A program made the position numbers and the translations under genes. Positions 45,539-54,348 of a stretch of 64,000 nucleotides of DNA are shown piece by piece. A model generated the notes under the pieces. The model worked only from the letters and a program-made list of their open reading frames with translations, did not search any database and had not been told where the DNA came from. The stretch is from positions 21,424 through 85,423 of IMG/VR virus record IMGVR_UViG_3300045988_061617. One strand, written 5' to 3'. The stretch comes from a virus. Within the stretch, counting starts at the first letter, position 1; each line of letters starts with the position of its first letter.

Positions 45539-46074
45539 ACAGATTTAGATTTATCAAAGTAAGGGAGGTAATATCTCCAAACAGAGCAAACCCCAATGAT
45601 GCTGGGTTAGATTTTTATGTACCAACTGATTTATACCCAGAGCATATTCATTCTAAAAATGAATTCGACTCAGAAGGCTATGATTTAGATGTTCCTTTTG
45701 GTGAAGCCTTTGTAAGGCATATAGCTTTAAAACCTGGACATCGTATACTTATACCATCTGGTATTAGGGGATTGCTTGAACCACCTGCATCTATGTTAAT
45801 GGCTGCTAATAAGTCTGGTATAGCTACTAAGCAAGGTTTACTTTTTACAGCTGAGATAGTAGATTCACCTTATGTAGGAGAGATACACATTGGAATATAT
45901 AATGCTTCTGATAAGAATCAAGTTATCGAATGTGGTAAGAAGCTGGTACAGTTTATACATCTCCCTATCTATATCACAGAACCAGAGGAGATTCAACAAG
46001 AGGAATTCTATACTGAGTCTCAAATATGGGGAAGTAGAGGAGATAAGGGATTTGGTTCATCTCAAAATAAGTAA
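45535..46074 (+). CDS. dut: Trimeric dUTP pyrophosphatase (dUTPase)
   Basis: All five canonical motifs are present: NPNDAGLDFY, GHRILIPSGI, NKSGIATKQGL, VDSPYVGEIHIGIYN, RGDKGFGSS. Confidence 0.9.
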   Translation: MNRFRFIKVREVISPNRANPNDAGLDFYVPTDLYPEHIHSKNEFDSEGYDLDVPFGEAFVRHIALKPGHRILIPSGIRGLLEPPASMLMAANKSGIATKQGLLFTAEIVDSPYVGEIHIGIYNASDKNQVIECGKKLVQFIHLPIYITEPEEIQQEEFYTESQIWGSRGDKGFGSSQNK

Positions 46075-46077
46075 GCC

Positions 46078-46914
46078 GTGGACATAAGAAATATAAGAGA
46101 AGAAGTACCTCAAATAAAAGATACTGAGGTACTTTCAAATATGTATATATTGGGTATAGAACAATTAAATGGGTATAGGGAAATAGAATCATTACCTGAA
46201 TATCCTTTCGATGTTAATAGCCCAAAGAATCAGGTAGTATTAAAAGATTTTATAGGTAGAGTAATAGAAGAACTTACCGAGGGTTTTGAATCTACAGATG
46301 AAGTATTCGAACTTTGCAGTAAGCAGGGATGGAATATTGAGATGCTTAATGAAGAAGAGTACCAATCTATATTGAATTCTCTTTCTAATGCAAATGAAGA
46401 ACAAGCTGATGCTTTAGGTTTTTTCTTTACTCTTCTAGTATATTCAAATATACTCCCAGAAGATATACTAAAATATCATAAAGTTAATAACTTATTCGAA
46501 GTAATGGCTACTGGAGTTAAAGAATTGGTTATTAAATACCCAGATTATCAGAACTTACTAAAATTCGATATTATATGTGAAGAGGATTTTTATGAAGATA
46601 AAGATAAATGGGAACATATAAAATCTTACACTCCAGGCTTCCATCAGATGAATGAATTATCTCATGAAGCCGATAAGTTATATTTATGGGAAGTAATCTA
46701 TGAACTTAATAAAGCCAGGAATTTCCTTAAATGCAGGCCTTGGAAACAAACTCAAGTAATGACTAAGGAAATAGATTTTCAAGAATCCTTAGTAAAGGCT
46801 TTCTATCTCTATATGGGATTCTTAGCAATGAACGGATTTACTCCTCTTGGTTTATTTAGTTTATTCTTTAAAAAACAACGCCTTAATTTATGGCGTCAAA
46901 CTTCAAATTATTAA
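46078..46914 (+). CDS. All-alpha NTP pyrophosphohydrolase-like protein (dimeric dUTPase / MazG / T4 gp56 superfamily), putative
   Basis: GTG start. Acidic helix motifs VIEELTEGFES and ANEEQADALGFFF, then CRPWKQTQ and a C-terminal KKQRLNLWRQTSNY. These resemble the dimeric dUTPase-family pattern (E..E, E..D, WK, K..LN.(F/W)RQ..(G/N)Y). Confidence 0.35.
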   Translation: MDIRNIREEVPQIKDTEVLSNMYILGIEQLNGYREIESLPEYPFDVNSPKNQVVLKDFIGRVIEELTEGFESTDEVFELCSKQGWNIEMLNEEEYQSILNSLSNANEEQADALGFFFTLLVYSNILPEDILKYHKVNNLFEVMATGVKELVIKYPDYQNLLKFDIICEEDFYEDKDKWEHIKSYTPGFHQMNELSHEADKLYLWEVIYELNKARNFLKCRPWKQTQVMTKEIDFQESLVKAFYLYMGFLAMNGFTPLGLFSLFFKKQRLNLWRQTSNY

Positions 46915-46915
46915 C

Positions 46916-47404
46916 ATGAAGAAAGACAATATACCAGATTACCCAAACTTCTATATTTCTAAAAGAGGTAGAGTTTGGAAAAGGATAAGAGATGGTACTT
47001 GGAAAGAATTACCATATATTAAAAATCCTACTAGAGGTTATTTATATGTTAGTTTAAGTAAGGGAAAGAAATTTAGGTTGAATAGGTTAGTTGCCATGAT
47101 TCATATACCTAATCCAAATAACCTACCCATTGTAATGCACCTTGATAATAACATTTACAATAACCATTATAAGAATCTTAAGTGGGGTACTTATAAGGAG
47201 AATACTCAACAAATGATGAGAGAAGGTAGGAATAATGGTCAGTTTAAGTCTACCATTACTAAACAACAGATTAGTTTAATACTAGAGAAATATACTACGG
47301 GTAAATATTCTCAGATTCAATTAGCTAAGTTGGTGGGACTTAAGAGTCAGGGTAGAATAAGTAGAATTATAAATAAGTATCAACGTGTCAGGATGGAACC
47401 ATAA
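46916..47404 (+). CDS. HNH_3 homing endonuclease (paralog 3)
   Basis: MKKDNIPDYPNFYISKRG...LNRLVAMIHIPNPNNLPIVMHLDNNIYNNHYKNLKWGTYKEN plus an HTH (LAKLVGLKSQGRISRIINKY). The ATG at 46916 lies 1 nt after the upstream stop and is preferred to the ORF-track start at 46847. Confidence 0.85.
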   Translation: MKKDNIPDYPNFYISKRGRVWKRIRDGTWKELPYIKNPTRGYLYVSLSKGKKFRLNRLVAMIHIPNPNNLPIVMHLDNNIYNNHYKNLKWGTYKENTQQMMREGRNNGQFKSTITKQQISLILEKYTTGKYSQIQLAKLVGLKSQGRISRIINKYQRVRMEP

Positions 47405-48296
47405 ATTAGAGGGACTTCAGCTTAATGCAGAGGAGTCCCTCCATTCGTTAGAATTTGCTACTTCACAAGAAGCTTGGGAAAAACTCAATGAGGGTTTTCT
47501 AAGATTAGAGCCAATCCTATTCGAGAAAGGAGCTATGGCTAATAGTGGGGTAGCAGTAGTGTATAACGTATTTATAAAAATACGTAAAGCATGGGTAGAC
47601 CCAGAATTTGATTATGGGAGATGTTTCAATTACAAAGAAACTAAGTGGACTAGCTTATTGAATAATTACATAGATTTTAATAAGCTTGACTTATTGCGTA
47701 GTAAACTGAGAGTACTAAGAAATAAGTATAATCAGAATTATAATATAACTTATATGTTTAATAATCATCATGATAATGGTAAACAATGTTTAATAGCTGC
47801 TACATTCTCCAAACGATTTGGGGAAGATATACCTGTTATTACAATGGTAATCAGGGCATCCGAGATAACAAAAAGGTTAATCTTCGACTTCTTACTAATA
47901 CAACGAATGGCGGAATATGTGTACGGACCAGAACAATCAGTACAAATCAATTTATTTGCCACTCAAATGTATGGGAATGTAGAAACACTTCTGATGTATC
48001 ATACCTATAAACCTTTGAAGAAGGTATTAAAAGGGGCAGAAGAAAATTCATGGAATAAGAGAGTGAAGGAAATATGGAAGAAATTCCAAAACGGTACAGA
48101 GAAAGAATTCTCTTCATTCAAGGTATTCTTTAGAAGTTTTAAAGTGCTCAGACCAGATTTATATGAGGAAACATATAAATCAATGAAAGCAAAAGAATTA
48201 CTTCTTGAATATGAGGATATTGAATATCCAGAGAATGTAATCTCTTACTCTCAACGTAAAGCTTATAAAAAGAAACTTTTAAAACAGAAGAAATGA
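47385..48296 (+). CDS. Thymidylate-synthase-fold protein, divergent paralog 1
   Basis: GTG start. GKQCLIAATFSKRFGEDIPVITMVIRASEITKRLIFDFLLIQRMAEYV is colinear with the PC(H)..QF ... QRSxD ... PFN.ASYALL core of ThyA and with the downstream paralog. Cys and Arg are retained, but the GD.H.Y motif is not (FATQMY). Confidence 0.45.
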   Translation: MSGWNHKLEGLQLNAEESLHSLEFATSQEAWEKLNEGFLRLEPILFEKGAMANSGVAVVYNVFIKIRKAWVDPEFDYGRCFNYKETKWTSLLNNYIDFNKLDLLRSKLRVLRNKYNQNYNITYMFNNHHDNGKQCLIAATFSKRFGEDIPVITMVIRASEITKRLIFDFLLIQRMAEYVYGPEQSVQINLFATQMYGNVETLLMYHTYKPLKKVLKGAEENSWNKRVKEIWKKFQNGTEKEFSSFKVFFRSFKVLRPDLYEETYKSMKAKELLLEYEDIEYPENVISYSQRKAYKKKLLKQKK

Positions 48297-49063
48297 GGAT
48301 ATATTCTAACAGCTTTGAGTTAATGTCAGAACTTGGCAGAGAACTCAACAGTTATGGTCAAACTGTAAAACCAAAGACCTATCAGAATAAGGTAATTGAA
48401 GGTAATGAGGATTTTATAACAAAGGAACTCATTTGCCAACAATATTGCTTAACTTCACTCGGAGACCCAGTATGGTTATTTGTATTTTCTCATTCAAAAG
48501 AATGGGCAGATGCCGAGTTTGAGGAAAGAATTGGTTGGTACGAATTAAATCCTGGTAAAGCTTGGGAACTGAGAAAAGATTTATGGGAACAGTTTTTAGT
48601 TAATGGTAAATTTGATTATACCTATCCAGAACGTATTTGGAATCAATTATATCTGTATGGTAGTACATCATTTAATTGTGATTCTGCCATGCAATCGGTT
48701 ATCGAACTCCTTAAAAGGGATAATGATACTCGTAAGGCAGTACTCCCTATATTTCATGGTACAGACCTAAGATTCCTTGATGGAAGTAAACGTATTCCTT
48801 GTTCTATGTATTATGATTTCCTTATTCGTCAAAATGGTAAAGGAGAGAAGGTACTACATATCTGCTATCACCAAAGAAGTTCTGACTTTGTTACTCACTT
48901 TGGTAATGATGTATACCTTGCATGGAGGCTTATGGAATATGTTGCAAAAGAAGTTGGGGTTAAACCTGGTTACTTATACCATACGATTGATTCTCTTCAT
49001 GCTTATAAGAAAGATTGGTTAGCATTAGCATCTAACCTGGAAGACTTACAAGAGAAATACTAA
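48293..49063 (+). CDS. Thymidylate-synthase-family enzyme, paralog 2 (candidate deoxypyrimidylate hydroxymethylase or methylase)
   Basis: RIPCSMYYDFLIRQ...LHICYHQRSSDFVTHFGNDVYLAWRLMEYVA...HTIDSLHAY matches the ThyA catalytic Cys, QRSxD and D..H.Y motifs. A gapless hand alignment from the Arg places Asp where ThyA has Asn177. Confidence 0.65.
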   Translation: MRIYSNSFELMSELGRELNSYGQTVKPKTYQNKVIEGNEDFITKELICQQYCLTSLGDPVWLFVFSHSKEWADAEFEERIGWYELNPGKAWELRKDLWEQFLVNGKFDYTYPERIWNQLYLYGSTSFNCDSAMQSVIELLKRDNDTRKAVLPIFHGTDLRFLDGSKRIPCSMYYDFLIRQNGKGEKVLHICYHQRSSDFVTHFGNDVYLAWRLMEYVAKEVGVKPGYLYHTIDSLHAYKKDWLALASNLEDLQEKY

Positions 49064-49068
49064 TAATG

Positions 49069-49106
49069 AGGGATGTATCTACTACTGGTAGGTATGTCCC
49101 TTTTTC
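49069..49106 (+). terminator. Rho-independent terminator between the TS-like gene and the DNA polymerase gene
   Basis: AGGGATGTATCTAC tactg GTAGGTATGTCCCT (14-bp stem, 3 of them G-U wobbles) followed by TTTTTCTATTTT. Confidence 0.7.
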
Positions 49107-49117
49107 TATTTTAAAAT

Positions 49118-51400
49118 ATGGAGACACGGTATACAATAATAAAAAACAAGAAAGAGCTTAAAAAACTTATTGCTTGTTGTAAAGCTACTGGTTATGCTTG
49201 TTGTGACTACGAAACAAATGCAGAACCAATATACAACAAAAGTTTTAAGCCAACTATACTTTCAGTATCCTGGATGCCAGGGTTTGGTGCTTCTATCCCT
49301 CTAGACCATTTCGAAACAAAAGATTATACATCTCCAGGGTGGAATTGGAAAAAGATGCTAAGGAAATTTGGGGAAGAGGTAATTGAGAATTATGAGATAA
49401 CCAAGGTTGCATGGAACTGGAAATTTGATGACCAGATAAACCAGAAATATCAAATATTCTATAGAGGTACTTGTTTAGATGGTATGCTTGCAAAATATCT
49501 ACTAAACGAGGAAAAACCTAATGATTTAAAATCAATGGTAAGAAGGTATTTACCAGAGTATGGTAATTATGAGAAGCAAGATGCTTTCGATAAAATACCT
49601 TGGGATAAAAAAGAGTTAGACCCACTTTGCCATTATGGATGTCAAGATACGGATTATACTCTTAGGTTAATGGTATTCTTTGAAAAGAAGCTGATTGACC
49701 TTGGTTTGTACAGTACCTTCAGGAATTTAATTATGTCTGCATCAAGGGTACTCACTTCAGTAGAGAAGAATGGTTTGTATCTAGATAGAGAGTTCAATAA
49801 TCAACTACTGGAAACATATAAACCAAAAATAGATGCGGCTAGACAAGCTATATATGATTTGCCAAGAGTAAAGAAATTCGAAAAGAAGTATAACCAAGAA
49901 AAGATTGATAAATATATTCAATCTATCGAAGCTGAACTTGAGGAGCTAGATTATAATGATCCAAAAGATAAACGAAAGATTGTATCAAGGGAACAGAAAA
50001 TCTCAAATATCAAGGCTGGTATATTCACAACTAAAAAGGAACAAGAATTGATAAGACCTATCAATTTGGGTAGTCCAGTTGATTTACCTGCATTGATGTA
50101 TTCGGAAGAAGGTTTTCATTTTGAGGTAATTAAGAATAATGAATCCGGTAAACCAAGTACAGATGAAGAGACTCTTACTAATCTAAGGTTAACCGTTAAA
50201 AAACCAGATTCACCTAAGGCAATTTTCCTTGATAGGCTTCTTGAATTACGAGGTTTAGAGAAGATGTATAAAACCTATATAGAGGGTTGGAATGAAAAAG
50301 TTCAAGATGATGATAGATTACATGGAAGATTTCTTATTCATGGGACTACAAGTGGAAGATTATCCTCTGCAGAACCCAATGCTCAACAAATTCCCAAGAC
50401 ATCCGTAGACCCCAATATTAAATTACAATTAAAAGCTCCTAAAGGAACCTTATATATTGCTAGTGATTTTAGCCAGGCAGAATTAAGAATTATGGCTCAT
50501 CTATCTGGAGATGAAACTTATCTTAATGCTTTTAACTCTGGTCAGGACCCTCACTTAGCAATTGCTGCTACTAAATATCATATACCCTATGAAGAAGCTC
50601 TTAAGATATATGAGGATGAAAATCATCCAGAACATAAGATATGGAAGGTGAGAAGAAAGCAAGCTAAACAAATTGCTTTTGGACTTATTTATGGAATTGG
50701 TGCAAAATTACTAGCAGTAAAACTATCTGACCCAAAATCTGGTATTATAGTTACACCAGAAGAAGCCCAAAAGGAAATGGACATATTCTTTGGTCAACAC
50801 CCCAAGTTGAAGACCTTCTTGAAGAAACAAGAGAAATTCCTTAGAAAGAATGGGCATCTGGTATCATTATTTGGGAGGAAAAGAAGATTACCCCAAATAT
50901 ATTCAAATGATAAGGGAGAAGAAGCTTATGCTTTGAGATTAGCATTAAATTTCCCATGTCAATCAGCAGCATCTGATATGTGTCTATTTGGAAGTATTCT
51001 CATATACTACTTAATGAGACAAGGTAAATTACCCTCTACTAAGTCTGTATGTTTGGTACATGATGCTAATTATCAGATTACTAAACCAGAGAATATTAAT
51101 ATTTGGAGTATATATGAGATGTGGCAAATTTATAGGAACCCATTAACTAAGCCATACTTCGGCTTTCAGATAGATGACCTAGATATGGAAATGGACTTTG
51201 TCATAGGTAGATCTATGGCAGAAGAACTACCATTTATTCCTGGGTATGATTATAGGAAAATGCTTGAACCAGATTTTTCAGTAGAAAAATACATGGAAGA
51301 GCATAAGAAATATAAGCATATAAAAATAAAAGAATACCCTAAGATATTCAAGAAAGAGATAGAAAGATATAAAGAGGATTATGAAAAGAAAATACACTAG
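49118..51400 (+). CDS. Family A DNA polymerase with a 3'-5' exonuclease domain
   Basis: Exo I CCDYETN, Exo II WNWKFDDQ, Exo III YGCQDTDYT. Pol motif A IASDFSQAELRIMAHLSGDE, motif B RRKQAKQIAFGLIYG, motif C CLVHDANY. Confidence 0.9.
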   Translation: METRYTIIKNKKELKKLIACCKATGYACCDYETNAEPIYNKSFKPTILSVSWMPGFGASIPLDHFETKDYTSPGWNWKKMLRKFGEEVIENYEITKVAWNWKFDDQINQKYQIFYRGTCLDGMLAKYLLNEEKPNDLKSMVRRYLPEYGNYEKQDAFDKIPWDKKELDPLCHYGCQDTDYTLRLMVFFEKKLIDLGLYSTFRNLIMSASRVLTSVEKNGLYLDREFNNQLLETYKPKIDAARQAIYDLPRVKKFEKKYNQEKIDKYIQSIEAELEELDYNDPKDKRKIVSREQKISNIKAGIFTTKKEQELIRPINLGSPVDLPALMYSEEGFHFEVIKNNESGKPSTDEETLTNLRLTVKKPDSPKAIFLDRLLELRGLEKMYKTYIEGWNEKVQDDDRLHGRFLIHGTTSGRLSSAEPNAQQIPKTSVDPNIKLQLKAPKGTLYIASDFSQAELRIMAHLSGDETYLNAFNSGQDPHLAIAATKYHIPYEEALKIYEDENHPEHKIWKVRRKQAKQIAFGLIYGIGAKLLAVKLSDPKSGIIVTPEEAQKEMDIFFGQHPKLKTFLKKQEKFLRKNGHLVSLFGRKRRLPQIYSNDKGEEAYALRLALNFPCQSAASDMCLFGSILIYYLMRQGKLPSTKSVCLVHDANYQITKPENINIWSIYEMWQIYRNPLTKPYFGFQIDDLDMEMDFVIGRSMAEELPFIPGYDYRKMLEPDFSVEKYMEEHKKYKHIKIKEYPKIFKKEIERYKEDYEKKIH

Positions 51401-51404
51401 TAAT

Positions 51405-51872
51405 ATGCCCATCGAGGGATTCTCTAAATATCATATTTGTAAGAATGGTAGATTATATTCTATTCACAGTGGTACTTGGAGATTGATAAAACCAGTACCA
51501 AAGAATACTGGGTATATATCTAATAACTTGATATCTGATTCTGGTAAAAGAGTTAACTTTTATCGACATAGATTAGTTGCAGAAGTTTATTTACCTAAGA
51601 ATGATGATACTTTAGTAGTATGCCATAAAGATAACAATCCTCGGAATAACAGGGTTAGTAATTTATATTGGGGAACTCCCAGAGAGAATACTCAACAGTG
51701 TATAAGGGATGGTAGATTCCCATTTCGTAAGAAGAAAATAATAGATGAAAATAAGCTGATACATCAATACAATCTAGGAATACCTAGAAAAGCTATACTA
51801 GAAGAGTTTCAGATATCTATTAAACCATTTTATAGGATTCTAAGAAAATATAATGTTAAACTACGAAAATAA
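51405..51872 (+). CDS. HNH_3 homing endonuclease (paralog 4)
   Basis: YRHRLVAEVYLPKNDDTLVVCHKDNNPRNNRVSNLYWGTPREN plus an HTH (ILEEFQISIKPFYRILRKY). The ATG at 51405 lies just after the polymerase stop. The ORF-track start at 51381 overlaps the polymerase gene by 20 nt. Confidence 0.8.
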   Translation: MPIEGFSKYHICKNGRLYSIHSGTWRLIKPVPKNTGYISNNLISDSGKRVNFYRHRLVAEVYLPKNDDTLVVCHKDNNPRNNRVSNLYWGTPRENTQQCIRDGRFPFRKKKIIDENKLIHQYNLGIPRKAILEEFQISIKPFYRILRKYNVKLRK

Positions 51873-52093
51873 TGAAGAAGATTTTAAACGGACCCACGGT
51901 ATGGAGAGCTAAATGCCCAGTATGTGATTGTGAATTTGAATATGATGTAAGTGAAACTATAAAGGTTTATGATAAAACTACTCTGGATGTTTTTAGGATA
52001 ATATCATGCCCAGGTTGTAAAACCAATATAAAGCATTCAGATTCAGTATCTACCACTACAGAAACGAGAAAAGAGGATACTATGACAACATAA
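51872..52093 (+). CDS. Small zinc-ribbon protein
   Basis: 73 aa with CPVCDC ... CPGCKT (two CxxC knuckles). Confidence 0.5.
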   Translation: MKKILNGPTVWRAKCPVCDCEFEYDVSETIKVYDKTTLDVFRIISCPGCKTNIKHSDSVSTTTETRKEDTMTT

Positions 52094-52112
52094 CTAATTA
52101 AAATTTTAGATT

Positions 52113-52619
52113 ATGGAAAATGACACATTAAAGAAAGAGGCTGACAAGGTAATCAATGTAACTTACATGTTATCTGGAGTATTAGAACAATCATTCCAAG
52201 AAATGGATGAAATTTTGGATAGATTACACAAAAGACTTCACCATGAAGACCGAAGGTTAATCAACTCTATCCGAAAACATATAAAATTTCTCAATTCAAA
52301 CATAGAATCACTCAGAACTCATTCACTTTCTAAGATGGATGAAGAAACAGTAGAATGCTTTGATGATACTACTCTTAGATTTTATGTAATCTTCATGAAA
52401 TTACTTGAAGTTGCTGGTATAGATTACCTTTGCGATTTACGATTATACTCTCTGTATAATCTGTTAGACAAATATCAATCCCTTACTAGTTATCCCAAAT
52501 TAGATTCTAGGGCTAAGATTGCTTTCCTACAAGTTAAGAGAGATATCGAAAATGGTCAGTATTCTGCAGAAGATATGAAAAACGTTTTTAAGTTGAAAGA
52601 TGAAAACCGAGATAAATAA
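52113..52619 (+). CDS. Hypothetical protein
   Basis: 168-aa helical-looking ORF. No motif recognised. Confidence 0.5.
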   Translation: MENDTLKKEADKVINVTYMLSGVLEQSFQEMDEILDRLHKRLHHEDRRLINSIRKHIKFLNSNIESLRTHSLSKMDEETVECFDDTTLRFYVIFMKLLEVAGIDYLCDLRLYSLYNLLDKYQSLTSYPKLDSRAKIAFLQVKRDIENGQYSAEDMKNVFKLKDENRDK

Positions 52620-53016
52620 ACTTAAGGTAGTATTTGAGGGTAGAACCTTAGAAATAGATATTCAAAAGGAATTATCTATTAATGAAAATATCATTAATTC
52701 TCAGCTACGAGAATCTCCATCTAGTTATTATATACTTTGTTCTATTAGAGATAAGTATATAAAAGAAAGGGATGCACTAGCAAGAGAAAAAGACGAAGCC
52801 TATTCTAATGCTTGGGTATATTATAAGGATGCCAATGAGAGATGGAATAACGATTATGTTTCTCATAAGGCAAACCTTAATAAGAAGTATTCTTCAATAT
52901 ATGAAAGGTATTTAAAATCTGTTGAAAAGGCAAATAAGTTTATAACTATCTGTAAAGCTTATGAGTCTCGGGAAAATATCTTAAGAACTATTAATGCAAA
53001 CCTAAGAAAGGGTTAA
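52600..53016 (+). CDS. Hypothetical protein
   Basis: 138-aa ORF. No motif recognised. Confidence 0.5.
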   Translation: MKTEINKLKVVFEGRTLEIDIQKELSINENIINSQLRESPSSYYILCSIRDKYIKERDALAREKDEAYSNAWVYYKDANERWNNDYVSHKANLNKKYSSIYERYLKSVEKANKFITICKAYESRENILRTINANLRKG

Positions 53017-53062
53017 TCTATTGAACTATAAACAATTACTAACTTTTAAAATATAAGAGAAT

Positions 53063-53455
53063 ATGAATTATTCGATGACTTTTATCTCAACTTATGTAGC
53101 TGAGAAACTAAATCAGAGTTTACCTGGTACTCCAACTGAAAACCGGGTACTTATTGTATCTCCAAAAGATGTAAACACAACTAAAGCGGGTATCATTATT
53201 CCTGGGCAAGTAAAAGAGGGAGTTCCTCGAAAAGGGGTAATTATTAAATCTGGAGAAATTACTGAAGAGTATAAAACTTATAGAGATCTTTGTCAAATAG
53301 GTAGAATTGTTACCTATGGTATGTATGCTGGTAAAGAACTAGAGTTTGATACTTCTCTATTACCAGAGGCTTTATCAAAAATAATGGAGAACAATGAAAT
53401 CACGGTTCTATCCATGAACGAAATTATTTATTCAGAACCCAATAACGTAGACTAA
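53063..53455 (+). CDS. GroES/Cpn10-like co-chaperonin (T4 gp31 analogue)
   Basis: NRVLIVSPKDVNTTKAGIIIPGQVKEGVPRKGVIIKSGE...GRIVTYGMYAGKELEFD is colinear with GroES (DRVlV...e.kT.gGIvlp......k...G.VvavG ... vGD.V....y.G.e). Confidence 0.6.
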   Translation: MNYSMTFISTYVAEKLNQSLPGTPTENRVLIVSPKDVNTTKAGIIIPGQVKEGVPRKGVIIKSGEITEEYKTYRDLCQIGRIVTYGMYAGKELEFDTSLLPEALSKIMENNEITVLSMNEIIYSEPNNVD

Positions 53456-53456
53456 T

Positions 53457-54263
53457 ATGGTGACGGATAAAAAGAAAAAGAAAGTTTCTTCAGAAGGACT
53501 TTCAACAAAAGAAAAGATGCTTGCCAGAAAAAAGCAACTGGAATCAAAAGGTAATGGGAGTGGATTAGTATACCCAAAAGAGGGTACATTACGAATGAGA
53601 ATTAAATCCCCTGGCGATGACCAGGAATTGGGTATAGAAATTATTCAATTCTATTTGGGAGGTAATCTTGGTGGAGTAATATCTCCTGCTACTTTTGATG
53701 AACCATGCCCATTTATGGAAAAGTACCAGGAATTGAAAAATTCTAAAGATGATGATGATAAAGAGTTAGCTAAAAACCTGGTACCAAGAAGAAGATATGT
53801 TATTGGTGGTTTAATATACACAGACGAAAAAGGTAGTAAAGTAGATTACGATGGTAAAGATAAGGGAGTTTTAGTCCCTCGCTCGGTATATCAAGATATT
53901 ATTGATCTTTATCTTGATGAAGATGAAGCTGGTGATATGACTGATCCTAAGACTGGTTATGATATAAAGGTAATCCGTTCTGGTTCTGGTAAACTAGATA
54001 CTACCTATTCTGCCCGTGCTTGTAAACCAACAAAATTGGACAAGAAATATCAAGGTACAGTGGATTTGGAAGGTATAGTTCGTTCTCAAATAAAATCTTA
54101 CGATGAACTCGAAGATTTACTTTCACAGTACCTAAACGAAGATCATGGGGATGACGAGGACGACACATCAAAGAAGAAAAAAAAGAAAGGTATTCATAAA
54201 GACCATTATATGGAAGATGAAGAACCTAAGAAAAAGAAGAAAAAATACAGATCGGATATTTAA
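53457..54263 (+). CDS. Putative ssDNA-binding / recombination accessory protein with Lys-rich and acidic tails
   Basis: Lies immediately upstream of the RecA-like gene. K-rich N-terminus and a DEDDTSKKKKKKG...EEPKKKKKKY C-terminus. No OB-fold motif was verified, so the assignment is by position and composition only. Confidence 0.25.
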   Translation: MVTDKKKKKVSSEGLSTKEKMLARKKQLESKGNGSGLVYPKEGTLRMRIKSPGDDQELGIEIIQFYLGGNLGGVISPATFDEPCPFMEKYQELKNSKDDDDKELAKNLVPRRRYVIGGLIYTDEKGSKVDYDGKDKGVLVPRSVYQDIIDLYLDEDEAGDMTDPKTGYDIKVIRSGSGKLDTTYSARACKPTKLDKKYQGTVDLEGIVRSQIKSYDELEDLLSQYLNEDHGDDEDDTSKKKKKKGIHKDHYMEDEEPKKKKKKYRSDI

Positions 54264-54290
54264 GGGTTAGTAAATTATATGGTTTCATTC

Positions 54291-54333
54291 GAAGGAGGTA
54301 ATTAGATTCGTTCAGTTATCTCCTTCTTTAGTT
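54291..54333 (+). terminator. Rho-independent terminator
   Basis: GAAGGAGGTAATT agattcgttc AGTTATCTCCTTC (7 perfect GC-rich bp plus an AT/wobble extension) followed by TTTAGTTT. Confidence 0.6.
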
Positions 54334-54348
54334 TAAATACATTACATT

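Noticed and set aside
45093-46087. Short alternative-frame ORFs (45093-45281, 45890-46087) and antisense ORFs (44949-45143, 45363-45596, 45974-46192)
   Set aside because: They overlap better-supported genes, including the dUTPase whose five motifs define the frame. No independent evidence supports them.
47768-49022. Alternative-frame or antisense ORFs inside the TS-like genes (47786-48010, 47768-47962, 48148-48348, 48777-49022)
   Set aside because: The TS-fold motifs define the coding frame. These ORFs are embedded shadows.
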